NCBI GenBank assembly: GCA_965208125.1
Contig: OZ242320.1
Location: 3,520,001-3,584,000 of the forward strand
Reading direction: 5' to 3'
DNA: 64,000 bases
Source: Candidatus Latescibacterota bacterium
GTDB taxonomy: Bacteria > Latescibacterota > UBA2968
Shown: positions 10,692 through 20,534 of the stretch, in pieces
How the letters are laid out: the number at the start of each line of letters is the position of its first letter
Numbering within the stretch: the first letter of the stretch is position 1
Made by a program: the position numbers and the translations under genes
The notes under the pieces: model-generated
Database searches by the model: none
What the model was told of the DNA's origin: nothing
The model's input: the letters and a program-made list of their open reading frames with translations, nothing else

Positions 10692-13600
10692 TCAGGCTCT
10701 TTTTGCCACGGCCACAATCCGCTTTGTATATCCCGACAGGTCATCCATGAGCGAATATATGGTGGGCAGGATGACGAGGGTGAGGATAGTAGAGATCGAG
10801 AGGCCAGAGATAATGACCAGACCAATTGGTCCCCAGCGTCTGGCATTGCCTTCGGCATTGCCGTAAATCATCGGGATAACCAGTGGCGTAAGCCCCAGGA
10901 TAGTCGTGGTTGCAGTCATTAAAATGGGACGCAGACGATCTTGTCCACCGCGCAAGATCGCATCCCTTCGATATAGCCCCTGCTTGCGATAGCGATTGAT
11001 GTGGTCGATTAATACAATGCCGTTGTTGACCACAATGCCAAACAAAATGAGCAATCCATAAGTCGCATTGCTGTCCAGCGCAATGCCGAATATGTAAAGT
11101 CCCAATGCGACGCCTATAAATGCAAAACTGATGGAAAACATGATGGTAAATGGATGGATGTACGATTCAAATAGCGATGCCATGATGAGATAAATGAGCA
11201 GTGCCGCGAAAATCATAGTGAAATTTGTTTCACCCTCTTCAGAAGACATATAACGGAACCGTCGATCCATTTGCCAGCTATACCCATTGGGCAATGGGAT
11301 GGCGTCCATGCGGTCGCGCATTTCATAACCGACCTTTTGCACCTCCGATGCTTCCGTATTTGCAAATACGGTTACGGTTGACATTCGATCCTGACGCTCG
11401 ATGGATTGGGGACCTTTGGTCAATTCAAAGTCGGCCAGGCTGGCAAATGAAATCATAGTGCCGCGGTTGTTTTCAAAGGAGAGGGTCTTGAGTTGGTCCA
11501 GCGTGGCGCGATCCTCTTCCCGCAATTGCAGCGCAATGTCGATTTCTCCATCTGGCGTTTTGAATTTGCTATTTCCACGAGAACCCAATGCCGTGGCAAC
11601 TGTTGTGGCTATTTGCTGCGGTGACAGGCCGTATTGTTGCGCGCGGTCTCTCCTCACCGATACCCTGATTTCTTCTGCGCCACTTTCCAGGCTGGTTTCC
11701 ACGTCGTGAATGCCCTCGATATCGTCCATTCGCAGCCGAATATCTTCAGCTAAAATCGCCAGCACTTCGGGATTTCGCCCTTTGATTTCTACTCCGACGC
11801 CCGTGGCACTGCTGCCACCACGCCTGAAGCCAGCCTTAAAACGCACGCCAGGGATATCTTTGGGCAACAAAGCACTTACCTGTTTTTTTACATCATCTGT
11901 GCTGAGCGGGCTTTCTTCGACGGGTTTTAAGTACAAATAAATCGTATTGCCACGTCGGGTACTAAATCGCGTTTTTATCGCTTCGATATCCAGTTCTTCC
12001 TTGTGCGGGATGATAATGGCTTCAATCTGTTTAAAAAGCGCGAGTGCGTCGTCGATATCGTACGTTCGCGGCATTTCCACCATATAACCCACCATGCGGT
12101 CGGGTTGGTAGCGATAGCGCTGTACTTCAATTTTGGTAAAGATGTATATGCCGCCAAAGAGGATAAATGTCGCGACGACAACGGTGGTCCAGCGATAGTG
12201 CAGGGTTGTGCTAATTACGCGCGTATAAACACCTTTGAGGCCGAGATGTCGAAACCGGAAATAGAGATAGCCGATTGTGGCGGCAAATGCGCCCAGCGCG
12301 ATCCACGCGCCTATTGGCACGGTTGAAAGTCCGCCCAAGATCCACAGGGTATTATCTTTGAGCCAGGTGATCGATTCGACAATGCCTTTCTGGTATATGA
12401 GATACGCCGCGCCTGTGGCAAATAAAGTGCCCAATCCAATTTTCAGGAAGAGATCGACGCGAGTACCTGCATTTGAAAATGCTCGAGAGCAGGCCAGAGG
12501 TATGAGTGTCAAAGCCACGCATAGTGCGGCTACGACTGCAATGCACACGGTGATGGCAAAATCGCGCATCCACATTGTATTGTACGAGCCAGAAATGAAG
12601 ATGAGGGGTACAAATACACATATTGTCGTCAGTGCCGCCGCCAGTACGGGTATGCCGATTTCACGGCTGCCCTCAATCGCTGCGGTTCGAGTGCCATCGC
12701 CTACATCGAAACGCCTGCGATAAATATTTTCCAGAGCCACGACCGCTGGATCGACCAGCATCCCAATGGCGACCATTAAACCCATCATCGAGATCATGTT
12801 CAGCGTGATAGTTGATCCAAACACTTGCCGCATCAGATACATGATCATGAAAACGCACAATACCGAAATGGGAATGGCCGACCCCACAATGAGCGTGCTG
12901 CGGAAGTTTCGCAAAAAGACAAAAATGATGCCAATAGCCAGCATGCCGCCCAACATGGCGGATTGCCCCAGGCTGGCGATACCCTTTACCACTGCTTCTG
13001 ATTGGTCTCGGCGCAAGTGCAATCTCAATTTGTCGCGTCCAATTTCATCTTGAAGGGCGTCTAACTCTGCCCGGACCAGTCGGCAGGTTTCTACCAGATT
13101 GGCTGTAGAGGTTTTGCGAATTTCCATAGAGACCACATCGCGCCCGTCCATGCGTTCAAAATATCGCTTTTCCGGATAGTCGTAACTCACCTGCGCCACA
13201 TCTTTTATTTCCAGACCATTGGGAAGCGTGAGATCGCGTATTTGATCCACTTCATCAAATTCGCCCACTGCCCGCACCGCGAGGCGTTTGTTGCCCTCTG
13301 TGACATAACCGCCGGAAATATTGATGTTGTTGGAGCGTATCGTTCTGTTGAGGGTGCGAATGTCTAAGCCATGGGCGTGCATGCGGTTTTTATCGACATC
13401 GACTCTGAGTATTCTTTCGTCGGCGCCTTCCATTTCGACATTGCCCACCCCGGGGATGCGTTGCAAACGCGGTAAGATTGTGTTTTTATATACCGTAGCA
13501 AGTTCAGATTGATTATCGCCCAGCCAGATCATATTGTAGTCCAGAATTTCCCAATCTGCCGAGTCCCATCTGCGCATTTCAATGCGTTCGAGGTCTTCGG

Positions 13601-13958
13601 GGAGTTGGTTCCGAACTTGATCGACGCGATCCCGAACCTGAATAGATTTGAGATCCATGTCGGTACCGTAGTCGAATTCCATGAAGACATAACCTCGACT
13701 GTCATAGGATCGCGCGCGGAGTGATTCAATGCCGGGAATCGTGCCCAGTATCTCTTCGATTGGCTTGGTAATTTTCTTTTCGATCTCTTCGGGCGATGAC
13801 GAGGGATATGAAAAGCTCACATACATCCTGGGATACTGCAAGTCGGGAGCGTATTCGAGGGGTAATCTGAATAGGGAAATAAAACCCATGACTATGAGAC
13901 TGAGCGCTATCATTACAGCAGTAATGGGCTTTTGGATCGCATATTCCGAGAGTTTCAT
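10692..13958 (-). CDS. RND (AcrB/AcrD/AcrF family) efflux permease
   Basis: 1088 aa with RND topology; SSPEEIEKKITKPIEE, GIVVNNGIVLID, RLRPILMT. Confidence 0.9.
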   Translation of the reverse strand: MKLSEYAIQKPITAVMIALSLIVMGFISLFRLPLEYAPDLQYPRMYVSFSYPSSSPEEIEKKITKPIEEILGTIPGIESLRARSYDSRGYVFMEFDYGTDMDLKSIQVRDRVDQVRNQLPEDLERIEMRRWDSADWEILDYNMIWLGDNQSELATVYKNTILPRLQRIPGVGNVEMEGADERILRVDVDKNRMHAHGLDIRTLNRTIRSNNINISGGYVTEGNKRLAVRAVGEFDEVDQIRDLTLPNGLEIKDVAQVSYDYPEKRYFERMDGRDVVSMEIRKTSTANLVETCRLVRAELDALQDEIGRDKLRLHLRRDQSEAVVKGIASLGQSAMLGGMLAIGIIFVFLRNFRSTLIVGSAIPISVLCVFMIMYLMRQVFGSTITLNMISMMGLMVAIGMLVDPAVVALENIYRRRFDVGDGTRTAAIEGSREIGIPVLAAALTTICVFVPLIFISGSYNTMWMRDFAITVCIAVVAALCVALTLIPLACSRAFSNAGTRVDLFLKIGLGTLFATGAAYLIYQKGIVESITWLKDNTLWILGGLSTVPIGAWIALGAFAATIGYLYFRFRHLGLKGVYTRVISTTLHYRWTTVVVATFILFGGIYIFTKIEVQRYRYQPDRMVGYMVEMPRTYDIDDALALFKQIEAIIIPHKEELDIEAIKTRFSTRRGNTIYLYLKPVEESPLSTDDVKKQVSALLPKDIPGVRFKAGFRRGGSSATGVGVEIKGRNPEVLAILAEDIRLRMDDIEGIHDVETSLESGAEEIRVSVRRDRAQQYGLSPQQIATTVATALGSRGNSKFKTPDGEIDIALQLREEDRATLDQLKTLSFENNRGTMISFASLADFELTKGPQSIERQDRMSTVTVFANTEASEVQKVGYEMRDRMDAIPLPNGYSWQMDRRFRYMSSEEGETNFTMIFAALLIYLIMASLFESYIHPFTIMFSISFAFIGVALGLYIFGIALDSNATYGLLILFGIVVNNGIVLIDHINRYRKQGLYRRDAILRGGQDRLRPILMTATTTILGLTPLVIPMIYGNAEGNARRWGPIGLVIISGLSISTILTLVILPTIYSLMDDLSGYTKRIVAVAKRA

Positions 13959-14220
13959 AAACGGACCTCAAAAAGGTAAAGTTGCAGGTTGAAGTAAAGA
14001 GTGAGACGCGAATCTCAGGGGGCGTTCATCAGTGGCTGAGACTGATTTCGCTAAGTAACCATTTACTTACTTATGGATAATATACAACATTTCGCTGCAA
14101 AAGCAACCACAGTTTTTTTAAAATTTCACCGTTACAGAAAAGACTTGCGATTTTGTTTCAATAGATATTTCATGCTGAAGTTTGGAACATACACACATTT
14201 ACTTTTTAAAGGAGACTCCA

Positions 14221-15102
14221 ATGGGCAATCGCGTCAATCGCGCAGTTGAATTGCTTTCAGAAGATCAACCGATCTATTACACGGGGGCACACACAGGGCA
14301 TGTGCTTACGTTTGAACAGGGGCAGAATGATGCCAGTACCTGGGCGGATTATATCAATGTGGGTATGGAACACGGGGCTTTTAATCTGGGAGGGCTTGAC
14401 GACTATATGCGCGGTCTGGTGAGCGGAGGACCTACAAATAGTGGACACAGGACGCCCGCTGTTATTGTTGAAGCTCCGGTGGAGGGCGCGTCGGAAAATA
14501 TCGTGCGCTACAATGCCTGGCAATTTCGACAGATTCTCGCGCGCGGTGTACACGGTATTTTGCTCTGTCAGGCGGAATCGCCCGATGCGATACGCGCTTT
14601 TGTCGAATCGTGTCGCTATCCCATTAACAAAAGTGGTGTTGGACATGGCCTCAGTACGGGGACGCGAGGCGTGGGGTCCGAATCGTCTGCTGCAGCGATA
14701 TGGGGTGTTAGCCGCGATGAGTACATTCAGAAGGCCGATCCCTATCCGCTGAATCCCGATGGCGAGTTGCTGCTGGGCATCAAGATTGAGAATGTGCGCG
14801 GTGCGTCCAATATCGAACAGATTCTCAAGGTGCCCGGTATTGGGTTTGCCGAAATGGGGCCGGGTGATTTGAGTATGTCGATGGGGTATTTGCACCGTCC
14901 AACGCCTTTTCCACCCGAAATGCAAGAGGTGAGGGATCGCGTGAAGGCCGCGTGTGCAGAAAATGGCGTTGCTTTTCTCGAGGGGGGTAGTCCCGAGACG
15001 GTTACCGCAAAAATAGACGAGGGCGTGCGCGTGGTTTCCGGTGGCAGAGAAGAGATCGCGCGTATTGGACGCGAATATTCAGGCCGTCGTATGCCGGTTT
15101 AA
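14221..15102 (+). CDS. HpcH/HpaI aldolase/citrate lyase family protein
   Basis: MEHG, GTRGVG, KIENVRG, GPGDLSMSMG; RBS AAGGAG. Confidence 0.8.
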   Translation: MGNRVNRAVELLSEDQPIYYTGAHTGHVLTFEQGQNDASTWADYINVGMEHGAFNLGGLDDYMRGLVSGGPTNSGHRTPAVIVEAPVEGASENIVRYNAWQFRQILARGVHGILLCQAESPDAIRAFVESCRYPINKSGVGHGLSTGTRGVGSESSAAAIWGVSRDEYIQKADPYPLNPDGELLLGIKIENVRGASNIEQILKVPGIGFAEMGPGDLSMSMGYLHRPTPFPPEMQEVRDRVKAACAENGVAFLEGGSPETVTAKIDEGVRVVSGGREEIARIGREYSGRRMPV

Positions 15103-15108
15103 AAAAAT

Positions 15109-15135
15109 AGGGCTGTGCGATGTTTGCACAGCCCT
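15109..15135. terminator. Hairpin/terminator between convergent genes
   Basis: AGGGCTGTGC-loop-GCACAGCCCT with an upstream A-tract (T-tract on the minus strand). Confidence 0.6.
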
Positions 15136-15157
15136 GGAGGTCCGATTTAATACGCGC

Positions 15158-15631
15158 TTAAAATGGATTGCCCTCGCGCGCCAGCTCAAATTTTCGCCAG
15201 CCGACTTGTTTGTTATCTTCGAATACTTTTTCTATCGCGTAAAAGGAGGACGGATCGTATTCTCGCCAGACGCCCGTTTTTTTCCCCTCCAAATATCGGC
15301 CTTCTTCTTTTTTTACACCGTTTCTAAAATAAGATATCCAATACCCGTCTTTTACACCATTTGTCCAGTTGCCTTCTATTTTTTTCTGTCCGTTGCTGTA
15401 AAATGTGATTTCAAGCCCGTCTTGCATGACACCATTTTGGTATGTGCCTTGCCCGCGCACGTTGCCTGCGGTATCGTAATATGTCCAAACCCCAGTGCGA
15501 TCGCCGCTGTCGTATTGCCCTTCTGCCACTACGCGGCCGTATTGTTTTATTTGTGTCTGTCCTTCAAATAGTGAGGGCATCTGACACCCGGCTGTGAGCA
15601 TTCCCACGAGAAGAATTACAACTTTGAACAT
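15158..15631 (-). CDS. MORN-variant repeat (YwqK-like) lipoprotein
   Basis: Lipobox LTAGC; repeats G.W.YY..G...EG.Y.NG. Confidence 0.75.
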   Translation of the reverse strand: MFKVVILLVGMLTAGCQMPSLFEGQTQIKQYGRVVAEGQYDSGDRTGVWTYYDTAGNVRGQGTYQNGVMQDGLEITFYSNGQKKIEGNWTNGVKDGYWISYFRNGVKKEEGRYLEGKKTGVWREYDPSSFYAIEKVFEDNKQVGWRKFELAREGNPF

Positions 15632-15873
15632 TTTTTTCTCCTGTTTCTTTGATGGATGTTTTAATGTAATATAACTAATATACAAAACTGCTTTCACAAG
15701 GCAAAGATGAAATGACAAATGACGTGTTTAATGCTTGTGCGTGTGCATAATATTATACCGGCTCTCAACTGCAAAGCGATTGCACTCAACGATCTCTTTA
15801 TTGTCACAATCGTCCTCTCTTCGTTATTTTTATTTTACAAACGGTTCGCCCATCGTGCGATAAAAAGTCCAAT

Positions 15874-16599
15874 ATGTTACTCACCGAACTCGGCCAACGC
15901 CTTCGCGCTCAACGGGAACGCCTTGGTCTCAAGCAAAACGACATTGCCAATGCCCTGCAGGTAAGCCCACAGGCCGTTTCCAAGTGGGAAAGAGGTGAAA
16001 ACGGTCCAGATATTGCTACTCTCGGACCGCTTGCCAGATTGCTCGGCGTTTCTACGGACTGGCTTTTGGATGCACATGGCGAAAATCAAGATGTTTTTGA
16101 TGCTACTATCTTCACCTCTACAGTTGTCGGTGCATACCAAAAATCATTACAAATGGAAGCGCGGGAGTTTGCAGCCTGGGCAAATGGTATTTTGTTTCAA
16201 CTGACCGAAGCTGTTTTGCGCCACGATGGCGTTCCGCTCAGATATATGGGAGACGCATTTTTGTGTTTTTTTTCTGGCGTTCACCATCAGCTTCGCGCTG
16301 TCCAGGCAGCGGCATTTTCTCAGCGGCTCATCAGTGAGGACCTGGTTATCGGCTTGAGTAGTGGTGAGATTTATTTGGGCGCAATGGGGCATCCCGATTA
16401 CGCCCATCCCGATGTGACAGGCGAAGTGGTCAACATCGCATTTATTGTCCGAGAATGGGCAGAAACAAATGTCCGCAAAGGAATTGCAGCAACGACATCC
16501 GTATTGAACAATCTCGATGAAGTTTTTGACATTTCCCAACCCACAGAAATCAATTTTCGCGGCATCAAAACGCCCATCTCAATTTGTCAGGTCAGATAG
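15874..16599 (+). CDS. XRE-family HTH regulator fused to a degenerate class III adenylate/guanylate cyclase domain
   Basis: LKQNDIANALQVSPQAVSKWERGENGPD (HTH_3); C-terminal RYMGDAFLCFF, IGLSSGEIYLG, DVTGEVVNIA. Confidence 0.8.
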   Translation: MLLTELGQRLRAQRERLGLKQNDIANALQVSPQAVSKWERGENGPDIATLGPLARLLGVSTDWLLDAHGENQDVFDATIFTSTVVGAYQKSLQMEAREFAAWANGILFQLTEAVLRHDGVPLRYMGDAFLCFFSGVHHQLRAVQAAAFSQRLISEDLVIGLSSGEIYLGAMGHPDYAHPDVTGEVVNIAFIVREWAETNVRKGIAATTSVLNNLDEVFDISQPTEINFRGIKTPISICQVR

Positions 16600-16644
16600 G
16601 GGAGTTCCCTGCCCGCGTGTGCCAACCGAGAGAAAGGATAAAAT

Positions 16645-18096
16645 ATGGCCGATATAGTGTTGCCCGATAGCGCGACTGATATTCAAATTCCCGATTATTC
16701 GCATCTGCTCTATAAAGTCGCCGATATGTCTCAGGCAGATTTTGGACGGAAAGAGATCACAATTGCCGAGCGCGAAATGCCCGGTTTGATGGCTGTGCGC
16801 GAGAAATACGCAGATCAGAAACCTCTGAAGGGTGCTCGCATAATGGGGTCTTTGCACATGACGATTCAGACAGCTGTGTTGATCGAGTCGCTCAAAGTGC
16901 TGGGAGCCGATGTGCGCTGGGCATCGTGCAATATTTTTTCAACGCAGGATCACGCCGCTGCCGCGATTGCGGAAACAGGTACGCCGGTTTATGCGTGGAA
17001 GGGCGAGTCGCTGGAAGAATACTGGGAATGCACTTTGCAAGCACTCAATTTTGTGGAGGGTGGACCGACTCTTATTGTCGATGATGGCGGGGATGCGACG
17101 CTGCTGGTTCACCGGGGGTATCAGGCAGAAGACGATCCTTCGATTCTCGATGAGCCGACTGATAATCGCGAATTGGAGATTGTCAATGCTGTGCTCAGGC
17201 GGCAACTCGAACGCAATCCGCGTTTTTGGCACAATATGGCCGCGGATATTCAGGGCGTGTCAGAGGAGACCACAACGGGTGTTCACCGCCTGTATCAGAT
17301 GCGGGATGACGGCACTCTTCTTTTTCCTGCGATCAATGTCAATGATTCGGTGACCAAATCGAAATTCGATAATCTCTATGGTTGCCGCGAGTCGCTCGCC
17401 GATGGTATTAAGCGCGCGACAGATGTTATGGTCGCAGGGAAGGTCGTTTGCGTGTGCGGTTACGGCGATGTGGGCAAGGGTTGTGCCCAATCTATGCGCG
17501 GATTTGGCGCGCGCGTGTTGGTGACGGAGATCGACCCGATATGTGCTTTGCAAGCGGCGATGGAGGGGTTTGAAGTGACGACTGTAGAAGATGCCCTTTC
17601 CGAAGCCAATATTTTTGTTACGACGACGGGCAATACGGATATTATCCGCATTGAGCACATGGAAAATATGCTCGATCAATCCATTGTGTGCAATATCGGG
17701 CATTTTGACAATGAGATTCAGGTCGATAAGCTGGTCGATTATACGGGTATTGTGCACGAAAATATCAAGCCGCAGGTCGATAAATACACGTTTCCAGATG
17801 GGCGTGCGATCTTTTTGCTCGCAGAAGGCCGTCTGGTCAATCTCGGCTGCGCGACCGGGCATCCTTCTTTTGTGATGTCCAATTCGTTTACCAATCAGGT
17901 GCTGGCGCAGATGGATCTTTGGGCACAGCAGCGCGAAGTCGGCGTTTATACCCTGCCCAAACACCTCGATGAAGAGGTTGCGCGCCTTCATCTTGAAAAA
18001 CTGGGTGTAAAGTTGACCCAACTCACGCAGAAGCAGGCCGATTATATTGGCGTGTCCGTCGAAGGTCCGTACAAACCCGGTCATTACCGGTATTAA
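16645..18096 (+). CDS. ahcY: Adenosylhomocysteinase
   Basis: [58 protein letters not shown]. Confidence 0.98.
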   Translation: MADIVLPDSATDIQIPDYSHLLYKVADMSQADFGRKEITIAEREMPGLMAVREKYADQKPLKGARIMGSLHMTIQTAVLIESLKVLGADVRWASCNIFSTQDHAAAAIAETGTPVYAWKGESLEEYWECTLQALNFVEGGPTLIVDDGGDATLLVHRGYQAEDDPSILDEPTDNRELEIVNAVLRRQLERNPRFWHNMAADIQGVSEETTTGVHRLYQMRDDGTLLFPAINVNDSVTKSKFDNLYGCRESLADGIKRATDVMVAGKVVCVCGYGDVGKGCAQSMRGFGARVLVTEIDPICALQAAMEGFEVTTVEDALSEANIFVTTTGNTDIIRIEHMENMLDQSIVCNIGHFDNEIQVDKLVDYTGIVHENIKPQVDKYTFPDGRAIFLLAEGRLVNLGCATGHPSFVMSNSFTNQVLAQMDLWAQQREVGVYTLPKHLDEEVARLHLEKLGVKLTQLTQKQADYIGVSVEGPYKPGHYRY

Positions 18097-18140
18097 CGCT
18101 CAGGGGCTGGGAGATAAGCTCTCAGCCCCAGCCCTATTTT

Positions 18141-19019
18141 ATGCGATTTTTAGACTATTTTACCGGCAATCAACCGGTCATTTCCTTTGAGATTTATCCG
18201 CCGCAGACGCAGGGTGGTATGCGCGCCCTCAAAGCGCGGGTTATTCCCAATTTGCTCAAGCTGAATCCCAGTTATATGACGGTTACGTATGGCGCGGGTG
18301 GTTCTACGCGCGCCAAAACGCTGGAGATTGCCTCGTTTATCCAGAATGAGTTTGGTCTGACCGCGGCGTGTCATCTCACCTGTGTGGGGTCGTCCCGAAC
18401 AGATATCGATGATATTCTGAAGGCGATTCGCACAGAGGGTATTCGCAATATTGTCGCGCTTCGCGGCGATCCCCCTCGCGGAGAGGATACTTTTGTGCCC
18501 GCAAAAGATGGATTTGCATACGGCAATGAGCTTGTGGCGCATATTCGCAGTGCAGAACCGAAAGATGATGGGTTTGGGTTGGCTGTTGCAGGATATCCCG
18601 AGAAACACCTCGAAGCGCCCGATTTCGATACGGATATTGCAAATCTGAAGCGGAAAGTTGAATCTGGTGGGGATATTGTTATTACACAGCTTTTCTATAA
18701 TAACGATTACTTTTTTCGCTTTGTCGATCGCGTGCGCGCAGCCCATATCACAGCACCTGTTGTTCCGGGTCTGATGCCGATTCTCTCGGCAGGGCAGATC
18801 CAGCGCATCGCGTCTCTATGTGGGGCTGAGATTCCCGGAGATTTGCAGGATCAACTCAAGGGGGCTGTGGATGATGAAGACAAGGCGATGAAAATTGGGG
18901 TAGATCAGTGTATCGCTCAGGCAACCGAATTGCTCGAACAGGGTGTGCCGGGTATTCACTTTTACGTGCTCAACAAATCCACTCACATGCGCCGGATTAT
19001 CAGTGCGCTTCCTCTCTAA
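18141..19019 (+). CDS. metF: 5,10-methylenetetrahydrofolate reductase
   Basis: SFEIYPP, VTYGAGGST, HLTC, ALRGD, AGYPEKH, ITQLFY, GIHFYVLN. Confidence 0.95.
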   Translation: MRFLDYFTGNQPVISFEIYPPQTQGGMRALKARVIPNLLKLNPSYMTVTYGAGGSTRAKTLEIASFIQNEFGLTAACHLTCVGSSRTDIDDILKAIRTEGIRNIVALRGDPPRGEDTFVPAKDGFAYGNELVAHIRSAEPKDDGFGLAVAGYPEKHLEAPDFDTDIANLKRKVESGGDIVITQLFYNNDYFFRFVDRVRAAHITAPVVPGLMPILSAGQIQRIASLCGAEIPGDLQDQLKGAVDDEDKAMKIGVDQCIAQATELLEQGVPGIHFYVLNKSTHMRRIISALPL

Positions 19020-19617
19020 GCGGAAACTTCTCAGTGATCAGCATGATTGGCTTTTTATTGGCGAATACCCTGTAGGTGCGGCTGAGTAGAGGTTCTCCTT
19101 CAAGGTGCGCGATGGCTTCCGGCAAATCCCGTGCGGTTTCACAGCAGCACCACAACAATTCACGGCGGGTTTCCAGTCCGCTGTTTTGCAGAATTCCTCC
19201 CAATCCCGCAGGATCTGATTCCAATTCGTCCAAAATGCCTTTTGGTAAGTGTTGCGGTACAATGAGAGATGTGGCATACGCCTGAATTTTTGGCGTTTCT
19301 TTGCCGATTGAGGGCGTTTGTAGTACTACTTGTCGCGCGATGACTGGTACTCCTGCTGGAAGTTCGAGCCAGATATGCTCGGAGCAGAGTGTCTGTTTCG
19401 CCTGATGGAGGATCGCGACTTCCACCGGTGCGAGTGTATAGGCTTCGATGAGCCTTGTGACGGTGCCGTCGGTGACGATCAATGCCCGCTGGAATGGCGT
19501 TAACTTCGCGATGTTGATTTCTCCAGACATCGCCGGCCTTTCGGCTTGTGCGATAAATATATTTTTTACATGCGTGTCAACAAAGGTTGCCGAACTGAAA
19601 ATTGAATCTGTCTTCAT
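19000..19617 (-). CDS. Chorismate pyruvate-lyase-like (DUF98/UbiC-fold) protein
   Basis: LIVTDGTVTRLIEAY, RQVVL, AYATSLI, ETRRELL, MLITEKFP. Confidence 0.7.
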   Translation of the reverse strand: MKTDSIFSSATFVDTHVKNIFIAQAERPAMSGEINIAKLTPFQRALIVTDGTVTRLIEAYTLAPVEVAILHQAKQTLCSEHIWLELPAGVPVIARQVVLQTPSIGKETPKIQAYATSLIVPQHLPKGILDELESDPAGLGGILQNSGLETRRELLWCCCETARDLPEAIAHLEGEPLLSRTYRVFANKKPIMLITEKFPLREEAH

Positions 19618-19747
19618 CGAGCTATTGTCCTTTCATATATACAGTTGTTACTTAACATCAGTGAGCTTTAGACACATAAGAAGAAAAAAAGTTCTTTGAA
19701 ACATTGCATGTGTGATTCTAATCAGTTATTTTGACGGAAAGGACAGC

Positions 19748-20512
19748 ATGCGTATTATCACATGGAATGTAAATGGATTGCGGGCGGCACTTCGCAAGGG
19801 GTTTATGGATCATATTAAGACGCTAAACCCCGATGTGATCCTTTTGCAAGAGATTCGGGTTTTGCCCGAGCAACTATCTGCGAGCGAGCGCAATCCCGAG
19901 GGATGGGATGTTATCTGGCATCCGGCTGAGCGCAAGGGCTATGCGGGTACTGCGGTATGGTCTCGCACGCCTTTAAGTGAAGAAGAGCGCGGTGTGGGGG
20001 AGGGCGATTCTGAAGGTCGGATTTTGCGGGTGAGTACTCGGGGTATTCAATTCGTCAGTGTGTACCTGCCTTCGGGGTCATCGGGCGATGAACGCCAGGC
20101 GATCAAGGAGCTATGGATGGATCGCTTTCGCCCCTGGGCCGATGGTCTGGTCAAAAAACGGATTCCCATAATTATGGGCGGTGATTTTAATATCGCGCAT
20201 ACCGAACGCGATATTTTTTATGCTAAAAGCAACGAGAAGAATTCGGGTTTTTTGCCGCATGAACGCGCGTGGATGGGCGATATTATCGCTTCTGGCTGGC
20301 GCGATTTTACACGGGAGCACTACGGCGATATTCAGGGTCCTTATTCCTGGTGGTCCAATCGGGGGAGAGCCAGAGAATTAGACCGCGGCTGGCGCATCGA
20401 CTATTTGTTGGGCAATGCAGCAGCCGCAAAGCGCGTTCAATCTGCCCATGTTGACCGCAAAGGCGGCTTGACCATATCTGATCACGCACCGGTTGTTGTA
20501 GATTTGAAATAG
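19748..20512 (+). CDS. xth: Exodeoxyribonuclease III / AP endonuclease
   Basis: ITWNVNGLRA, LQE, GDFNIAH, YSWWS, GWRIDY, SDHAP. Confidence 0.93.
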   Translation: MRIITWNVNGLRAALRKGFMDHIKTLNPDVILLQEIRVLPEQLSASERNPEGWDVIWHPAERKGYAGTAVWSRTPLSEEERGVGEGDSEGRILRVSTRGIQFVSVYLPSGSSGDERQAIKELWMDRFRPWADGLVKKRIPIIMGGDFNIAHTERDIFYAKSNEKNSGFLPHERAWMGDIIASGWRDFTREHYGDIQGPYSWWSNRGRARELDRGWRIDYLLGNAAAAKRVQSAHVDRKGGLTISDHAPVVVDLK

Positions 20513-20534
20513 CTAATACACACAGGAGATTTCT

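Noticed and set aside
14020-14055. Hammerhead ribozyme (GAAA...CTGATGA on the minus strand)
   Set aside because: Only about 13 nt separate the core motifs, too few for stems I and III.
16600-16644. SAH/SAM riboswitch upstream of ahcY
   Set aside because: The gap is only 45 bp and has no recognisable riboswitch consensus.
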